This document shows positions 28,798-38,024 of a stretch of 57,913 nucleotides of DNA, piece by piece. How positions within the stretch are numbered: position 1 is the first letter of the stretch; each line of letters opens with the position of its first letter. Source of the stretch: Pontiella sp. (lineage in GTDB: Bacteria; Verrucomicrobiota; Kiritimatiellia; Kiritimatiellales; Pontiellaceae); the NCBI GenBank assembly GCA_041740875.1, contig JBGSLE010000554.1, positions 1 through 57,913 on the forward strand, written 5' to 3'. The notes beneath the pieces were generated by a model, which saw only the letters and a list, made by a program, of their open reading frames with translations, searched no databases and was not told the origin of the DNA. Position numbers and translations under genes: made by a program.

Positions 28798-30678
28798 TTA
28801 TGGGGTGTAATCGACCTTCGTGCGGATAAACCGCTTGCCGGCCGCCGTATTGATGCGGTTGGTGACGGCGCTGAATTCGCCGCCCGGAAGATCGGCGGTA
28901 CCCGTGCTGGTGTAGAGGCTGGTGTCGTTGGTCCAGGAACCGTAGACCAGGTCCGTGTTGAGTTGCAGCGAATAGCTCAGGCCGCGGGCGGCAGCGTCCG
29001 AGCGGCGGACGAAGACATAGTCGATGTAGTTGATTCCTCCCACGTTGACCTGCTTATAGGAGGGCTCATAGCCAATGTTGCCGCCATCGGTCGGGATGCC
29101 GCCAAAGGCATACTCCCCGAGGTTGTCCAGCGCGTCGGCATCGGGGTTGTCGGCCATGTTGGTCGCCACGCCCAGCGCCGGCTGGTAGCCGAGCCTCCAT
29201 GCATTGTACAAGCCCTGCGGCGAGTTGTCCTCGCTGTAGGCCGAGAACCGCAGGTAGTCGACATCATAGAAGTCGGATCCCGCCATGGTATCCGAACCGG
29301 TGGCTACGCTCATGCGGATGGCATCGATCTTCAGGCCCGTGGCCGCCATGGCCTTGTTGCTGACCGCCGCCTGCTCGGCCCCGCCGCCCAGCGTATAGAA
29401 GACGTCGAAGGTGTCGGTGTCGTAGTCGGCCACCACGCGGACGGCCAGCGTTTGCTCCAGCACGTTGGTTCCCAGCAGCCAGAGCGGCGTATTGACCGTG
29501 CCGACCCGGGTTTCCAGCCGAAGCAGCCCGTTCTGTTTTTGCAGGCGAACCAAAAAGGCGGTCACAGAGCTGGAAAGATCCTGGAGACCGAACGCACAGC
29601 TCGCTCCGGAGTTGGTGCTGGAGGAGACATCGGCGGCGGTATAGGCCCAGCTCAACTCGAATTTTCCGGTGGCAATGCCGCTTTGGCTGAGTGTCGAATT
29701 GCGATAGTAGTTGTCGGCGGTGTTCGTGGCGGCGCCAAAGTGCAGCACGCCGTTGGTGGCATAGGCCGAATAGCCGTCACCGGACCAGTCCCCCAGGCCG
29801 TAAGGACTGGGCGCGGAGTTCGCCAGGCCGCTCAACTTGGTGCCGTTGGGATCGTTGAACTGCCAATCCTCGATCACCCCGACCAGCGGTGGCGGCGGCG
29901 GAAGAGCGACCGCTCCAACGGTGATGTTGTCGATGTTCATCACATCGCCCGGCTGCCAGGTGGTGCCGCCATTCGTGCTTTGCATCATTTGGCGGATCTG
30001 CGTGAGCGCGAAATCGCCCTGGATGGTTCCATTGTGCAGGATGTTGGTTACCCCATTATGGATCATCCATGCCTGCATCGTGTTGGCATCCAGGTCGTAG
30101 GTGGCTCCCAGCCGCAGATTGGATACGGTGCTTCCCATCAGGTTGGTTATCGTTACGTAACCCCCTAGATCTAAGGATTTCACTTGGATCTGGAACTGGT
30201 CGGCATCGGCAAAGACAGTGGTTGCACCCAGTACGGTGGTGTTCGTGACATTCAATCGGCCTTCGTAACGAAACCTGACGCCGGCATCATAAGCCGCATT
30301 GCTGGCCAGGCCGCGGATGTTGTAGCCGCCGTTCGCGGTTCCATTCGCGGCAGCCGTCAGGGCAAAGTTGGCCGACGGGATGTCGTAGTAGAGTTGAAAC
30401 GTGCCGTTTGTATTGCCTGGCAACAGCTTTGTGATGAAGGAGCTTTCATCGACCGCGCCCGTGGCCGTCCACCGCTGCATTTGATTGGACACCACGCACT
30501 GGGCCGCGTTGTTCCACCGGACACCGCCGACCGTGCCCGTGCTCTGGGTGCCGGCAACAACAGCGCCCAAGGCGGTGCCATTCGCCACGCCGTCATAGAC
30601 CCAGGCATGAAATATCTGCGCCTGCGACGCACTGGCTGCCGCGCAAAGGGCTACGGCGATCATTTTCCATGTTTTCAT
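28798..30678 (-). CDS. Secreted protein with two related beta-sandwich-like domains and the DxDxD/EY...FIR C-terminal module
   Basis: AAGGAG RBS; signal peptide MKTWKMIAVALCAAASASQA; LPPPPP linker; tail DNPDADALDNLGEYAFGGIP...KRFIRTKVDYTP. Confidence 0.9.
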   Translation of the reverse strand: MKTWKMIAVALCAAASASQAQIFHAWVYDGVANGTALGAVVAGTQSTGTVGGVRWNNAAQCVVSNQMQRWTATGAVDESSFITKLLPGNTNGTFQLYYDIPSANFALTAAANGTANGGYNIRGLASNAAYDAGVRFRYEGRLNVTNTTVLGATTVFADADQFQIQVKSLDLGGYVTITNLMGSTVSNLRLGATYDLDANTMQAWMIHNGVTNILHNGTIQGDFALTQIRQMMQSTNGGTTWQPGDVMNIDNITVGAVALPPPPPLVGVIEDWQFNDPNGTKLSGLANSAPSPYGLGDWSGDGYSAYATNGVLHFGAATNTADNYYRNSTLSQSGIATGKFELSWAYTAADVSSSTNSGASCAFGLQDLSSSVTAFLVRLQKQNGLLRLETRVGTVNTPLWLLGTNVLEQTLAVRVVADYDTDTFDVFYTLGGGAEQAAVSNKAMAATGLKIDAIRMSVATGSDTMAGSDFYDVDYLRFSAYSEDNSPQGLYNAWRLGYQPALGVATNMADNPDADALDNLGEYAFGGIPTDGGNIGYEPSYKQVNVGGINYIDYVFVRRSDAAARGLSYSLQLNTDLVYGSWTNDTSLYTSTGTADLPGGEFSAVTNRINTAAGKRFIRTKVDYTP

Positions 30679-30764
30679 CTGACTCTCCTTTTATTTCCCG
30701 AACCGTATTGGATGCCTATAACCACCAAGGAGTACCGCACTCGATGGGGCTTTTAGCTAGTTGT

Positions 30765-30825
30765 AATGTCGCACACCGGGCTGGCCAATACCTTCACTAT
30801 GGTTCCAATCAATAGCACCATATTT
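30765..30825 (-). promoter_or_regulatory. Regulon motif copy 2 plus extended -10, heading the long minus-strand gene run
   Basis: - strand AAATATGGTGCTattgattgGAACCATAGTGAAGGT (30825-30790), then TGc-GACATT (30770-30765). Confidence 0.78.
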
Positions 30826-30870
30826 CAATAATGCGCGGCGTGGGGAAGGGCTGTAGATGGTGTTCAGCAG

Positions 30871-31004
30871 GATGCCGATGGGTTGGAGCGGTGGTTTGTG
30901 GTGCGCACGCTTCCCGCCGGGGGCGCACCATTTCAAATGGAAGCCGTAGGGGAAGCAGGGGGCTGGAAAGCCCCCTCTCCGGTGCGGGGGCTTTCCTGCC
31001 CCCG
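30871..31004. repeat. REP-containing element homologous to 53821..53918, ending in a head-to-head REP doublet
   Basis: GGTTTGTGG...GCTTCCC.CCGGG...CAGGGGGCTGGAAAGCCCCCTCTCCGG is shared with 53821-53918 and followed by GGTGCGGGGGCTTTCCTGCCCCCG. Confidence 0.75.
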
Positions 31005-31127
31005 TTGGGGCAACGACCCCGCAGGGACCGTTGGCAGGCGGCCGGATTCAACGGAAAAGATCGGTGAAATCTGTCATTCGCAGGCTGGAAACCCGGCGCC
31101 ACATTTGTAGAAACATTCAGGCCTAAA

Positions 31128-31187
31128 GTAGAACAAGCGTCCCGCTTGGTTTCCCTTACTCGGAAGCAAGCGGGACGCTTGCGCTAC
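31128..31187. repeat. REPIN (inverted GTAG-REP pair)
   Basis: GTAGAACAAGCGTCCCGCTTG...CAAGCGGGACGCTTGCGCTAC. Confidence 0.75.
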
Positions 31188-31361
31188 GTTCACGATTTGT
31201 ACCCACGGTTTTTGGAATCGGCATTAAACAGGTTATGCTCTCGATCGGCTTTTTATTCTTAGCGTCTTGGCGGTTATAAAATCCGTCGCAGGTATGATGG
31301 CATTTGAATGGAGAGGGACAAAAAACGGAGATGAACCAGTAGACGGGTACCGGGCTCACCA

Positions 31362-31421
31362 AGCTTTTGTGCTAAACTGTTGAAATATAATGAAGGCCAA
31401 TCCCCCGCTGGCCCCCATACT
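31362..31421 (+). promoter_or_regulatory. Regulon motif copy 3 plus -10 upstream of GH5
   Basis: AGCTTTTGTGCTaaactgttGAAATATAATGAAGGC (31362-31397); CATACT at 31416-31421. Confidence 0.72.
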
Positions 31422-31484
31422 GGGGGGCTTGCGGATCGAAAAAGAAAAGATGGGTGGTTAATGAGAAGCAGTAGCGCGAAAAAA

Positions 31485-32573
31485 ATGGCACGGTTGTATC
31501 CAACCCTATTCCTGTTTGGATTCATGGCTTGCCTCGGCGCAGCGGCAAATACCGCGAAAACCGGCATGCGCAATATGACGTCGGCGCAGATTGCGGCCCA
31601 TATGGGCACCGGCTGGAATCTGGGCAACACGCTGGATGCGCATGGCAGCAAGCAGGCGACGGGACTGGATACGGAGACGAGCTGGAAAAAACCCCTCACA
31701 ACCAAAGCCATGATTGATCGGGTCAAGCGGCAGGGGTTCAAAACGATCCGGATTCCGGTTACGTGGTATCCGCATCTAGGTCCGGCGCCGGACTACACAA
31801 TCGACCCCGCGTGGCTTGACCGGGTCGAAACCGTTGCCAATTATGCCTTTGCGAATGACATGTACGTGATCATCAATACGCATCACGAGCATTGGGTGGT
31901 TCCAACCTATGCCACGTTGGATGAGGTCAGGATCCAGCTGGAAAGGATTTGGATGCAAATTGCCAATCGATTCAAGGGGTATGGCGATTATCTGATTTTC
32001 GAGACCTTGAACGAGCCGCGCCTGGTGGGTTCGCCGGAAGAGTGGCGTGGCGGAACGCCGGAAGGGCGCGACGTGGTGAACCAGCTGAATCTGGCGGCGG
32101 TGAATGCGATTCGCGCAACAGGCGGCAATAACGCCAAGCGGCATATTATGGTTCCGGGCTATGCGACCAGTTCCATTGCCGTGGTCATCGATGATTACGT
32201 GATCCCCAACAACGACAGCCGGATCATGGTAACCTGCCATTATTATTCCCCGTTCCACTTTTGCCTGAACGTACCCGGCGTCACAACCTGGGGAACCGAC
32301 GCCGACAAAATGCTCATGCACGCGGATCTGGACCGTGTGAAAAACAAGTTCATTGATCAGGGCAGGGCCGTCGTCATGGGGGAATGGGGTGCGAAGGATA
32401 AAACCAATACGGCGGATCGCGCGGCCTTCTCGGCCTATTATTCCAAAGAGGCCAAGGCTAGGAAGATCGTCTCCGTGGTCTGGGATGATGGCGGAAAATA
32501 CGAACTTTTGATGCGGGATACGCTGACGTGGAAATATCCGGAAATCGTCAAAGCCGTGGTGGCGCCCAAGTAG
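31485..32573 (+). CDS. Glycoside hydrolase family 5 (GH5_4-like endoglucanase/xyloglucanase)
   Basis: GWNLGNTLDA, RIPVTW, INTHHE, FETLNEP (acid/base), HYYSP, VMGEWG (nucleophile), WDDG. Start 31485 or 31461; the track's 31380 start falls inside the promoter motif. Confidence 0.94.
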   Translation: MARLYPTLFLFGFMACLGAAANTAKTGMRNMTSAQIAAHMGTGWNLGNTLDAHGSKQATGLDTETSWKKPLTTKAMIDRVKRQGFKTIRIPVTWYPHLGPAPDYTIDPAWLDRVETVANYAFANDMYVIINTHHEHWVVPTYATLDEVRIQLERIWMQIANRFKGYGDYLIFETLNEPRLVGSPEEWRGGTPEGRDVVNQLNLAAVNAIRATGGNNAKRHIMVPGYATSSIAVVIDDYVIPNNDSRIMVTCHYYSPFHFCLNVPGVTTWGTDADKMLMHADLDRVKNKFIDQGRAVVMGEWGAKDKTNTADRAAFSAYYSKEAKARKIVSVVWDDGGKYELLMRDTLTWKYPEIVKAVVAPK

Positions 32574-32647
32574 ATGGGTTGACCGAGGCCACTTCTGATA
32601 CCGTCTTCAGTTTAAATTTATTACATTCCTGTGCGCCCGGATCTTCA

Positions 32648-32713
32648 TCGCGCAGAGCCGCAAAGCCAGCAGGGGATTTGCTTGTATTCTTCGCGCCTTC
32701 GCGTCTTTGCGCG
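32648..32713. repeat. Imperfect inverted repeat (CGCAGAG/CGCAAAG...CTTTGCG type) between convergent genes
   Basis: TCGCGCAGAGCCGCAAAG...CTTCGCGTCTTTGCGCGA. Related copy at 48128-48207; half copy at ~31255-31275. Confidence 0.55.
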
Positions 32714-32774
32714 AAAATACGAGAATGAATATGAAGGTGGTATAAGAAGTTGGACGGTAAGAAATTAATAAAGC

Positions 32775-35507
32775 TTAGGGAGCCAAGGTAGCATTGAGCC
32801 TCAGGAAGCGTTGCGGGGCGTCGGTGGGGACGCTTGCTTCGGTCAGGGTGGCGTTGCCCCGCGATCCGATATTGGTGAGCGCCACGCCTGCGGTGGTCCA
32901 CGCCGCGGCTGCAAGGTTGGTGGTGGTTTCACTCGAAAGTAAAACGTCGGTTCGGGCTTCCACATCTGGATAGCGGAGACGGAGCCTTTGATCGGCCTGT
33001 TGCGATGAAACCTGGGCGGCATCGGGCTCCAGCGGGTGGGTGCCGAATTTATACTCCAGCTCGTTGGGGATGCGGTCGCCGTCGGGATCGTTGCCGCCGT
33101 CGAGTTCCGTTGGGCTTCGGCCCGGGGCGAGATAGCCGGCCTTCCAGTCGGAAAGATGCGTGGCATAGGCGGACGGGGCCCGTGTGGCGGCCAGTTTCCA
33201 GCCATCGCCCGCGCTGGTGCCATTGGAGTCGTTCATCAGGGCGCTGAGTTCGGCGATGAGCGGGGCGTAGGCCACGTTGGTGGCCAGGTTGGTGGTCTCG
33301 GCGGGATCGATGACATAGTCGTAGAGTTCGCGCAGTTCGGGTGCGGTGATGCCGGCCTTGATGATATGACGGTCGGTTTCGTCGGTGGATTCGGTGATCC
33401 ACCATTCGGTGTAGCGATAGCGTTCGGTTCGGATGCTGTAGCCCATGCCATTGCCCGGATGCTCAACCGGAAGATCGCCCGGCGCGTTGGCGTTGATCGT
33501 GCGATGATATTGGCTGAAAACGGCCTTTTTCCACGGTTGTGCCGGATCTTCGAGCAGGGGCAGGAAGGTCGTACCCTGCAACTCCAGTCCGGCGGGTTGG
33601 GTGGGGGCGGGCAAGGAGCACAGATCGAGGAGGGTGGGATAGAGATCGACCAGTTCGACCAATGCGGTGCAGCGGCGACCGGCCGAGCCGAGGGTTTTGA
33701 GAGCCGGGGTGCTGACCATGAGCGGAACGCGCGTGGAGGCTTCAAAGTTGGCGTGTTTGGCCCAGAAGCCGTTGTGGTCGCCCAGATGGAAACCGTGGTC
33801 GCCCCATAGCACAACGATGGTGTTGTCTGCGATCGAATCGTCGGTGTCGGGATTGCCGTCGGGATCTTCGAGGGCATCGAGCAGCTTGCCGATCTGTCTG
33901 TCGGTGTATGAGACGCAGGCCAGATAGCCGTGGATCAGGTGGCGGGCTTCGGTGGCGGTTGGCATGCCGTTGTCGCTGGTGCCTTCGATATCCAGAAACG
34001 CGGCGGGCTCGGTGCCGAAGGGGGCGGTGAACTTGTTGGTTCCAAGCGGCATTTTGCGGATGCCGGTATAGGTTGAAAGATCGATCTGGGTTGGATCGTA
34101 GAGATCCCAGTAGGCTTTCGGGCAGTTGAAGGGCAGGTGCGGTTTTTTGAAGCCGACGGCTAAGAAGAACGGGGTGCCGGCGGCTTGGTAGCTGGTGGCG
34201 TATTCGGCGATTTTGGCCACGCCTAGCGCGGCGGCAACACCATCGCCATAGGCTTCATCCGTGATCGGATTACCATTGCGATCGACCACGCCGGCATCGG
34301 TGGCGGATACATTGGGGGTGCCTTGGTCTTCGAGCGCGGCCTTGGCGGTTTCATACCATGTGTGATCCGTGTCTGAGTCAACCCAGCCCTCGTTCCACGA
34401 GAGCGGAACGTCCTGCCGGGTGGGCGTGGTTGAATGGTATAGTTTCCCGATGCCATGCACCCGGTAGCCGTTGTTGCCGAAGTGTTGCGGCAGGGTAATG
34501 ACATCGGGAATCATGGTTCGGAAAAAGGTTTCGAGTTTCCAGCAACGGGTCGTGTCCGAGCGAAGGCCGGTCAGCAGCGAAGCGCGCGATGCGTTGCAAA
34601 CGGACTGCTGGCAGTGCGCGTTGGCGAAGAGAATGCCCGCTTCGGCCAGCCGGTCCATGCTGGGGGTAATCGGGCGCAGCGGCTCCGTTTCGCCATACGC
34701 ATTAATGAGGGGGCGCAGGTCGTCGATGGCGATGAAGAGCACATTGTAGTTCCCCGACGGATGCAGTCGCGTCCGGTCTGGCGATGCGACCGGGGGCGGG
34801 GTATTGGTGGTGGCTCCGCCGATGAAGGCCAGGCCGACGATGGAAGTTTTGGTGTTGGATCCATTCAGGGCGTAGCTGCTGACGACGGCGGTTGCTCCGG
34901 AAAAGGCTGTGCTTCCAACCATTCGGGTGGCTGCCGGGTTGATTGCATCCAGTGCTATGCTGCCGGTGGAGGTGGCCCCGGAGGTGGCATACGTTGACAT
35001 GGCTTCGATGATCACGCCGTTTTTGGCGCCAGAGAAGGCATAGGCATTGGTGATGGCAGTCGCCGTGCCGGAGGAGTCGAATGCGGCGGCAGAAATGGGT
35101 TCGAATGCTTCGCCGCTCGTTGCGCGAACCACATAAACGCCCGCCTCGATATAGCCTGCGGTCGGGTTGTTGATGGTGATATCTACCCCGCCGCTGGCGG
35201 TCACGGACGCATATCGGATAAACGTTGCGGGGGTTCCTCTGGTTTCGCTGGTGAAAAGGAGTTGCCCGAGCGTCGCGCCATTCGTCGGCACAATGACCAT
35301 TCCCTGTTCGGTCGGGGTGGTGCCTTTGTTGGAGGCAGCCAAGATGGCAATGTAATCCCCTGCCTCAACCGCCAGCATGCCGGTCGACTTGCTGGCATCG
35401 GCAACGCCGAGCCTTACAAAGGCATTGCTGGTGATGGCGATTTCGGCCTGAAGGCCAGAGGCGAGCAGGCAGAGTGCGGCTATCGATTTCTTCAACGTGG
35501 TTTTCAT
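32775..35507 (-). CDS. Multidomain secreted sulfatase: unknown N-terminal domain + iduronate-2-sulfatase-like domain (CNASR) + C-terminal DxDGD/EY...FLR module
   Basis: Signal peptide; TNTPPPV linker; NVLFIAIDDLRP, VCNASRASLLTG, GFKKPHLPF, WGDHGFHLGDH; tail DPDGDRIPNELEYKFGTHP...QRFLRLNATLAP. Confidence 0.93.
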   Translation of the reverse strand: MKTTLKKSIAALCLLASGLQAEIAITSNAFVRLGVADASKSTGMLAVEAGDYIAILAASNKGTTPTEQGMVIVPTNGATLGQLLFTSETRGTPATFIRYASVTASGGVDITINNPTAGYIEAGVYVVRATSGEAFEPISAAAFDSSGTATAITNAYAFSGAKNGVIIEAMSTYATSGATSTGSIALDAINPAATRMVGSTAFSGATAVVSSYALNGSNTKTSIVGLAFIGGATTNTPPPVASPDRTRLHPSGNYNVLFIAIDDLRPLINAYGETEPLRPITPSMDRLAEAGILFANAHCQQSVCNASRASLLTGLRSDTTRCWKLETFFRTMIPDVITLPQHFGNNGYRVHGIGKLYHSTTPTRQDVPLSWNEGWVDSDTDHTWYETAKAALEDQGTPNVSATDAGVVDRNGNPITDEAYGDGVAAALGVAKIAEYATSYQAAGTPFFLAVGFKKPHLPFNCPKAYWDLYDPTQIDLSTYTGIRKMPLGTNKFTAPFGTEPAAFLDIEGTSDNGMPTATEARHLIHGYLACVSYTDRQIGKLLDALEDPDGNPDTDDSIADNTIVVLWGDHGFHLGDHNGFWAKHANFEASTRVPLMVSTPALKTLGSAGRRCTALVELVDLYPTLLDLCSLPAPTQPAGLELQGTTFLPLLEDPAQPWKKAVFSQYHRTINANAPGDLPVEHPGNGMGYSIRTERYRYTEWWITESTDETDRHIIKAGITAPELRELYDYVIDPAETTNLATNVAYAPLIAELSALMNDSNGTSAGDGWKLAATRAPSAYATHLSDWKAGYLAPGRSPTELDGGNDPDGDRIPNELEYKFGTHPLEPDAAQVSSQQADQRLRLRYPDVEARTDVLLSSETTTNLAAAAWTTAGVALTNIGSRGNATLTEASVPTDAPQRFLRLNATLAP

Positions 35508-35605
35508 CGGATTAACCTCTCTTCGTTCAGTATAAATGACGGAACTTTTGATGCCCCGATGGACTGGACCGCGCGGCAGCGCGACGCGCGGATTTTATGC
35601 GTAGT

Positions 35606-36937
35606 CTAGCGACTGAATTTAAACGAATCTAGATGGAACAGGTCGGCAGCGGTTCCTTTAAACACGAGGCATAGGTTTTTGGTCCCGGCGGTATTGGTCA
35701 ATTGGCAGGGGATCTCCTTGTACACGTTCCATCCACCGGTATCCGGCACGGTGCAGCTGCCGAGCAGTGGGCCGTCGGCGCTGTTTTCGCGTACCTCGAT
35801 CGTGCCGCCGTTTTGGGAGGAGACGGTGAACGCGATCAAGCCGTTTTCCTTGACCCCTTTCACATGGGGAAAGCGCAGATATCCGCCGTCGGTGATTCCG
35901 GCGATTTCAAAGCCGCCATTGGTTTTTTCCCTCTTCTGGACGCCCTCGGCGGCCATGTACCATTCCGCCTCGATGGTGTCCCACGCGGCACTGTACTGGC
36001 CAACGCCGTTTTGGGCGTGCGCATCCAGCAAGACGCGGTCATACACCATGTCGCCGTTGTCCTTGTAGTGGACGTAGGTCATCCATGATTCGCGATACCT
36101 CAAGGGATATTTCACGAAGCGGCACCAGGTGTAGAACCACTGGTTGTTCCACTCGAAAAAGTTGCCGTGCGCCCGCTTATTGAGGCCGTAGGGGTCGCTG
36201 TCGTCGCCCTCGCTGCGCCGGACGGTGTAGGGGCCGTACAGGTTGTCGGAAACGGTATAGTTGGCACCGGCGGAGAGATAATAGCGGCCCTTGTACGTAT
36301 GCAGGTTCGGCTTATCGTTCGGCATGAAATCGCCAATGATTTCGATGGGCTTCGGGGCATCGGCCAGCGAGACCATGTCCGGGTTGAGCCTAACCAGGTA
36401 AAAGTTCCGTTTTTGCTTCATTTTCCCGACGCCCGGATTATGGGTGCCGAACACCATGTAGGGAACCCCGTCATCGACCAATACGGAGATGTCGTATTCA
36501 TGTGCCGGGGTCATCTCTTCCGTGAGCAACGGTTTGCCAAGCGCATCCTTGAAGGGTCCGCCCGGGTTGTCCGACACCATGACGCCGGTATCGATGCTCT
36601 TGTTCGAGAAGTAGAAATAGTATTTGCCGTTCATCGTCGCCGCATCGGGCGCCCAGCACGCGGTCGATTCGCCGATGTAGGTATCGGTCGGCAGGATTTT
36701 GGTTTCATGCTTCCAGTCGACCAGGTTGTCCGACGACCAGACGTTCCAATCCGGCATGATCCATACCGGGGAGTTCGGGTCGATGTCGCGCGTGGTGTAG
36801 AGATAGGCCTTGTTGTTGAAGATATGGATGTGGGGGTCGGCCATGCCCGCATCGGGGATGAGCGGATTTGCAGCCATCGCGGCTCCAGCCCAGAGGGAAA
36901 CCGCCGAAAAAAGTGCCAGACATTTTGTGTGTTCCAT
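35606..36937 (-). CDS. Glycoside hydrolase family 43 with C-terminal CBM6-like domain
   Basis: NPLIP...MADPH, WAPDA, GPFKDALGKP; C-terminal IEAE...GTIEVRENSADGPLLG...TGGWN...LVFKG (CBM6 pattern). Confidence 0.88.
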   Translation of the reverse strand: MEHTKCLALFSAVSLWAGAAMAANPLIPDAGMADPHIHIFNNKAYLYTTRDIDPNSPVWIMPDWNVWSSDNLVDWKHETKILPTDTYIGESTACWAPDAATMNGKYYFYFSNKSIDTGVMVSDNPGGPFKDALGKPLLTEEMTPAHEYDISVLVDDGVPYMVFGTHNPGVGKMKQKRNFYLVRLNPDMVSLADAPKPIEIIGDFMPNDKPNLHTYKGRYYLSAGANYTVSDNLYGPYTVRRSEGDDSDPYGLNKRAHGNFFEWNNQWFYTWCRFVKYPLRYRESWMTYVHYKDNGDMVYDRVLLDAHAQNGVGQYSAAWDTIEAEWYMAAEGVQKREKTNGGFEIAGITDGGYLRFPHVKGVKENGLIAFTVSSQNGGTIEVRENSADGPLLGSCTVPDTGGWNVYKEIPCQLTNTAGTKNLCLVFKGTAADLFHLDSFKFSR

Positions 36938-36965
36938 AGTTTCTCCTTACGGCCGCAGTGGTTCC

Positions 36966-38024
36966 TTAGATCCGTTCCGGGTGCTTTTGCCATCCGCCGG
37001 CCATACGCTGCTGCAACGCTTCCCAGCAGGGAATGCCGCTCAAGGAGTCGACTGCCTCCACATTGCAGGCGCCTGCCGCCACGGCGATGTTTAACGACTC
37101 CTGCGCCGGGAGCCCCTTGAGCCGGGCCGCCAAAAATCCGGCGATCGTGCAGTCGCCCGATCCGATGGCCCCTTTGGGTTCGACCCGGAAACAGGGGGAG
37201 TAAAACGACTCGCCGCCAGCGTGGTAAAAAGCGCCGACCTCGCCGAGCTTGATCAAAACCTCGCGGGTTCCCATACCCAGCAGGGTGTTGCCCATCCGTA
37301 CCAGGTCGCTGCGGAGCAGTCCGCCCAGCGGCTGTCCCGAGGCCATGAAGCGGTCAAAGGCCGGGCGGTCCAGCATGTAGAGCAGCTCGTCGATGCTCGG
37401 GGTGAACAGATCGACAAACGGCAGCACCCGTTGCAGCAGGCCCAGCCAGTCGACCTTTCCGGATGGCGATTGCGGATCGGGACGGGCCATGTCCAGCGAG
37501 GTGCCGACGCCCGCCTCCTTTACCCGTTTGAACAGTTCCTCGAGTTGGAGTCCGCCGTCGGAATAGAGCGCGCGCATCAGGGGCGGATAGCCGAAATGGA
37601 AATGGCGCGCCTGCTTGATCCGCCCATAATCCAAATCCGCCGAACAGAAGGTGTCGTTGGCGCCGGGATAATGCAGCGGAATGCGGTCGATGCCGGGAAT
37701 GTTCAGCACCACCGTATAGGAGGTGTTGCTCTCTTCATCGACGATCATGCCGTCGGTCGTCAATCCCTCGGCCTGCATCTTGGCCAAAATGCTCTGTCCC
37801 AGCAGGTCGTTCCCGGTCTTGCCCATCGGGCAAACGGAAATCCCGAGGCGGTTCAGCGCGCCGGCGGTATTGGGGACAACACCGCCCATCGCCTGTTCCA
37901 TCGGCCCGACCTGGATCAACTTTCCGGGGTGCAGGATATCCGCAACGGACATCCCGCCTTCGAGAAAGGCGGGAAGCAGGTCCATGCAGGTGTGGCCGGC
38001 AACCACGCAATCGAGTCGGCTCAT
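36966..38024 (-). CDS. PfkB/ribokinase-family carbohydrate kinase
   Basis: GGVVPNTAGALNRLG, GKTGNDLLG, TPSIDE, IKLGEVGA, GAIGSGDCTIAGF. Start overlaps the isomerase stop (ATGA). Confidence 0.92.
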   Translation of the reverse strand: MSRLDCVVAGHTCMDLLPAFLEGGMSVADILHPGKLIQVGPMEQAMGGVVPNTAGALNRLGISVCPMGKTGNDLLGQSILAKMQAEGLTTDGMIVDEESNTSYTVVLNIPGIDRIPLHYPGANDTFCSADLDYGRIKQARHFHFGYPPLMRALYSDGGLQLEELFKRVKEAGVGTSLDMARPDPQSPSGKVDWLGLLQRVLPFVDLFTPSIDELLYMLDRPAFDRFMASGQPLGGLLRSDLVRMGNTLLGMGTREVLIKLGEVGAFYHAGGESFYSPCFRVEPKGAIGSGDCTIAGFLAARLKGLPAQESLNIAVAAGACNVEAVDSLSGIPCWEALQQRMAGGWQKHPERI

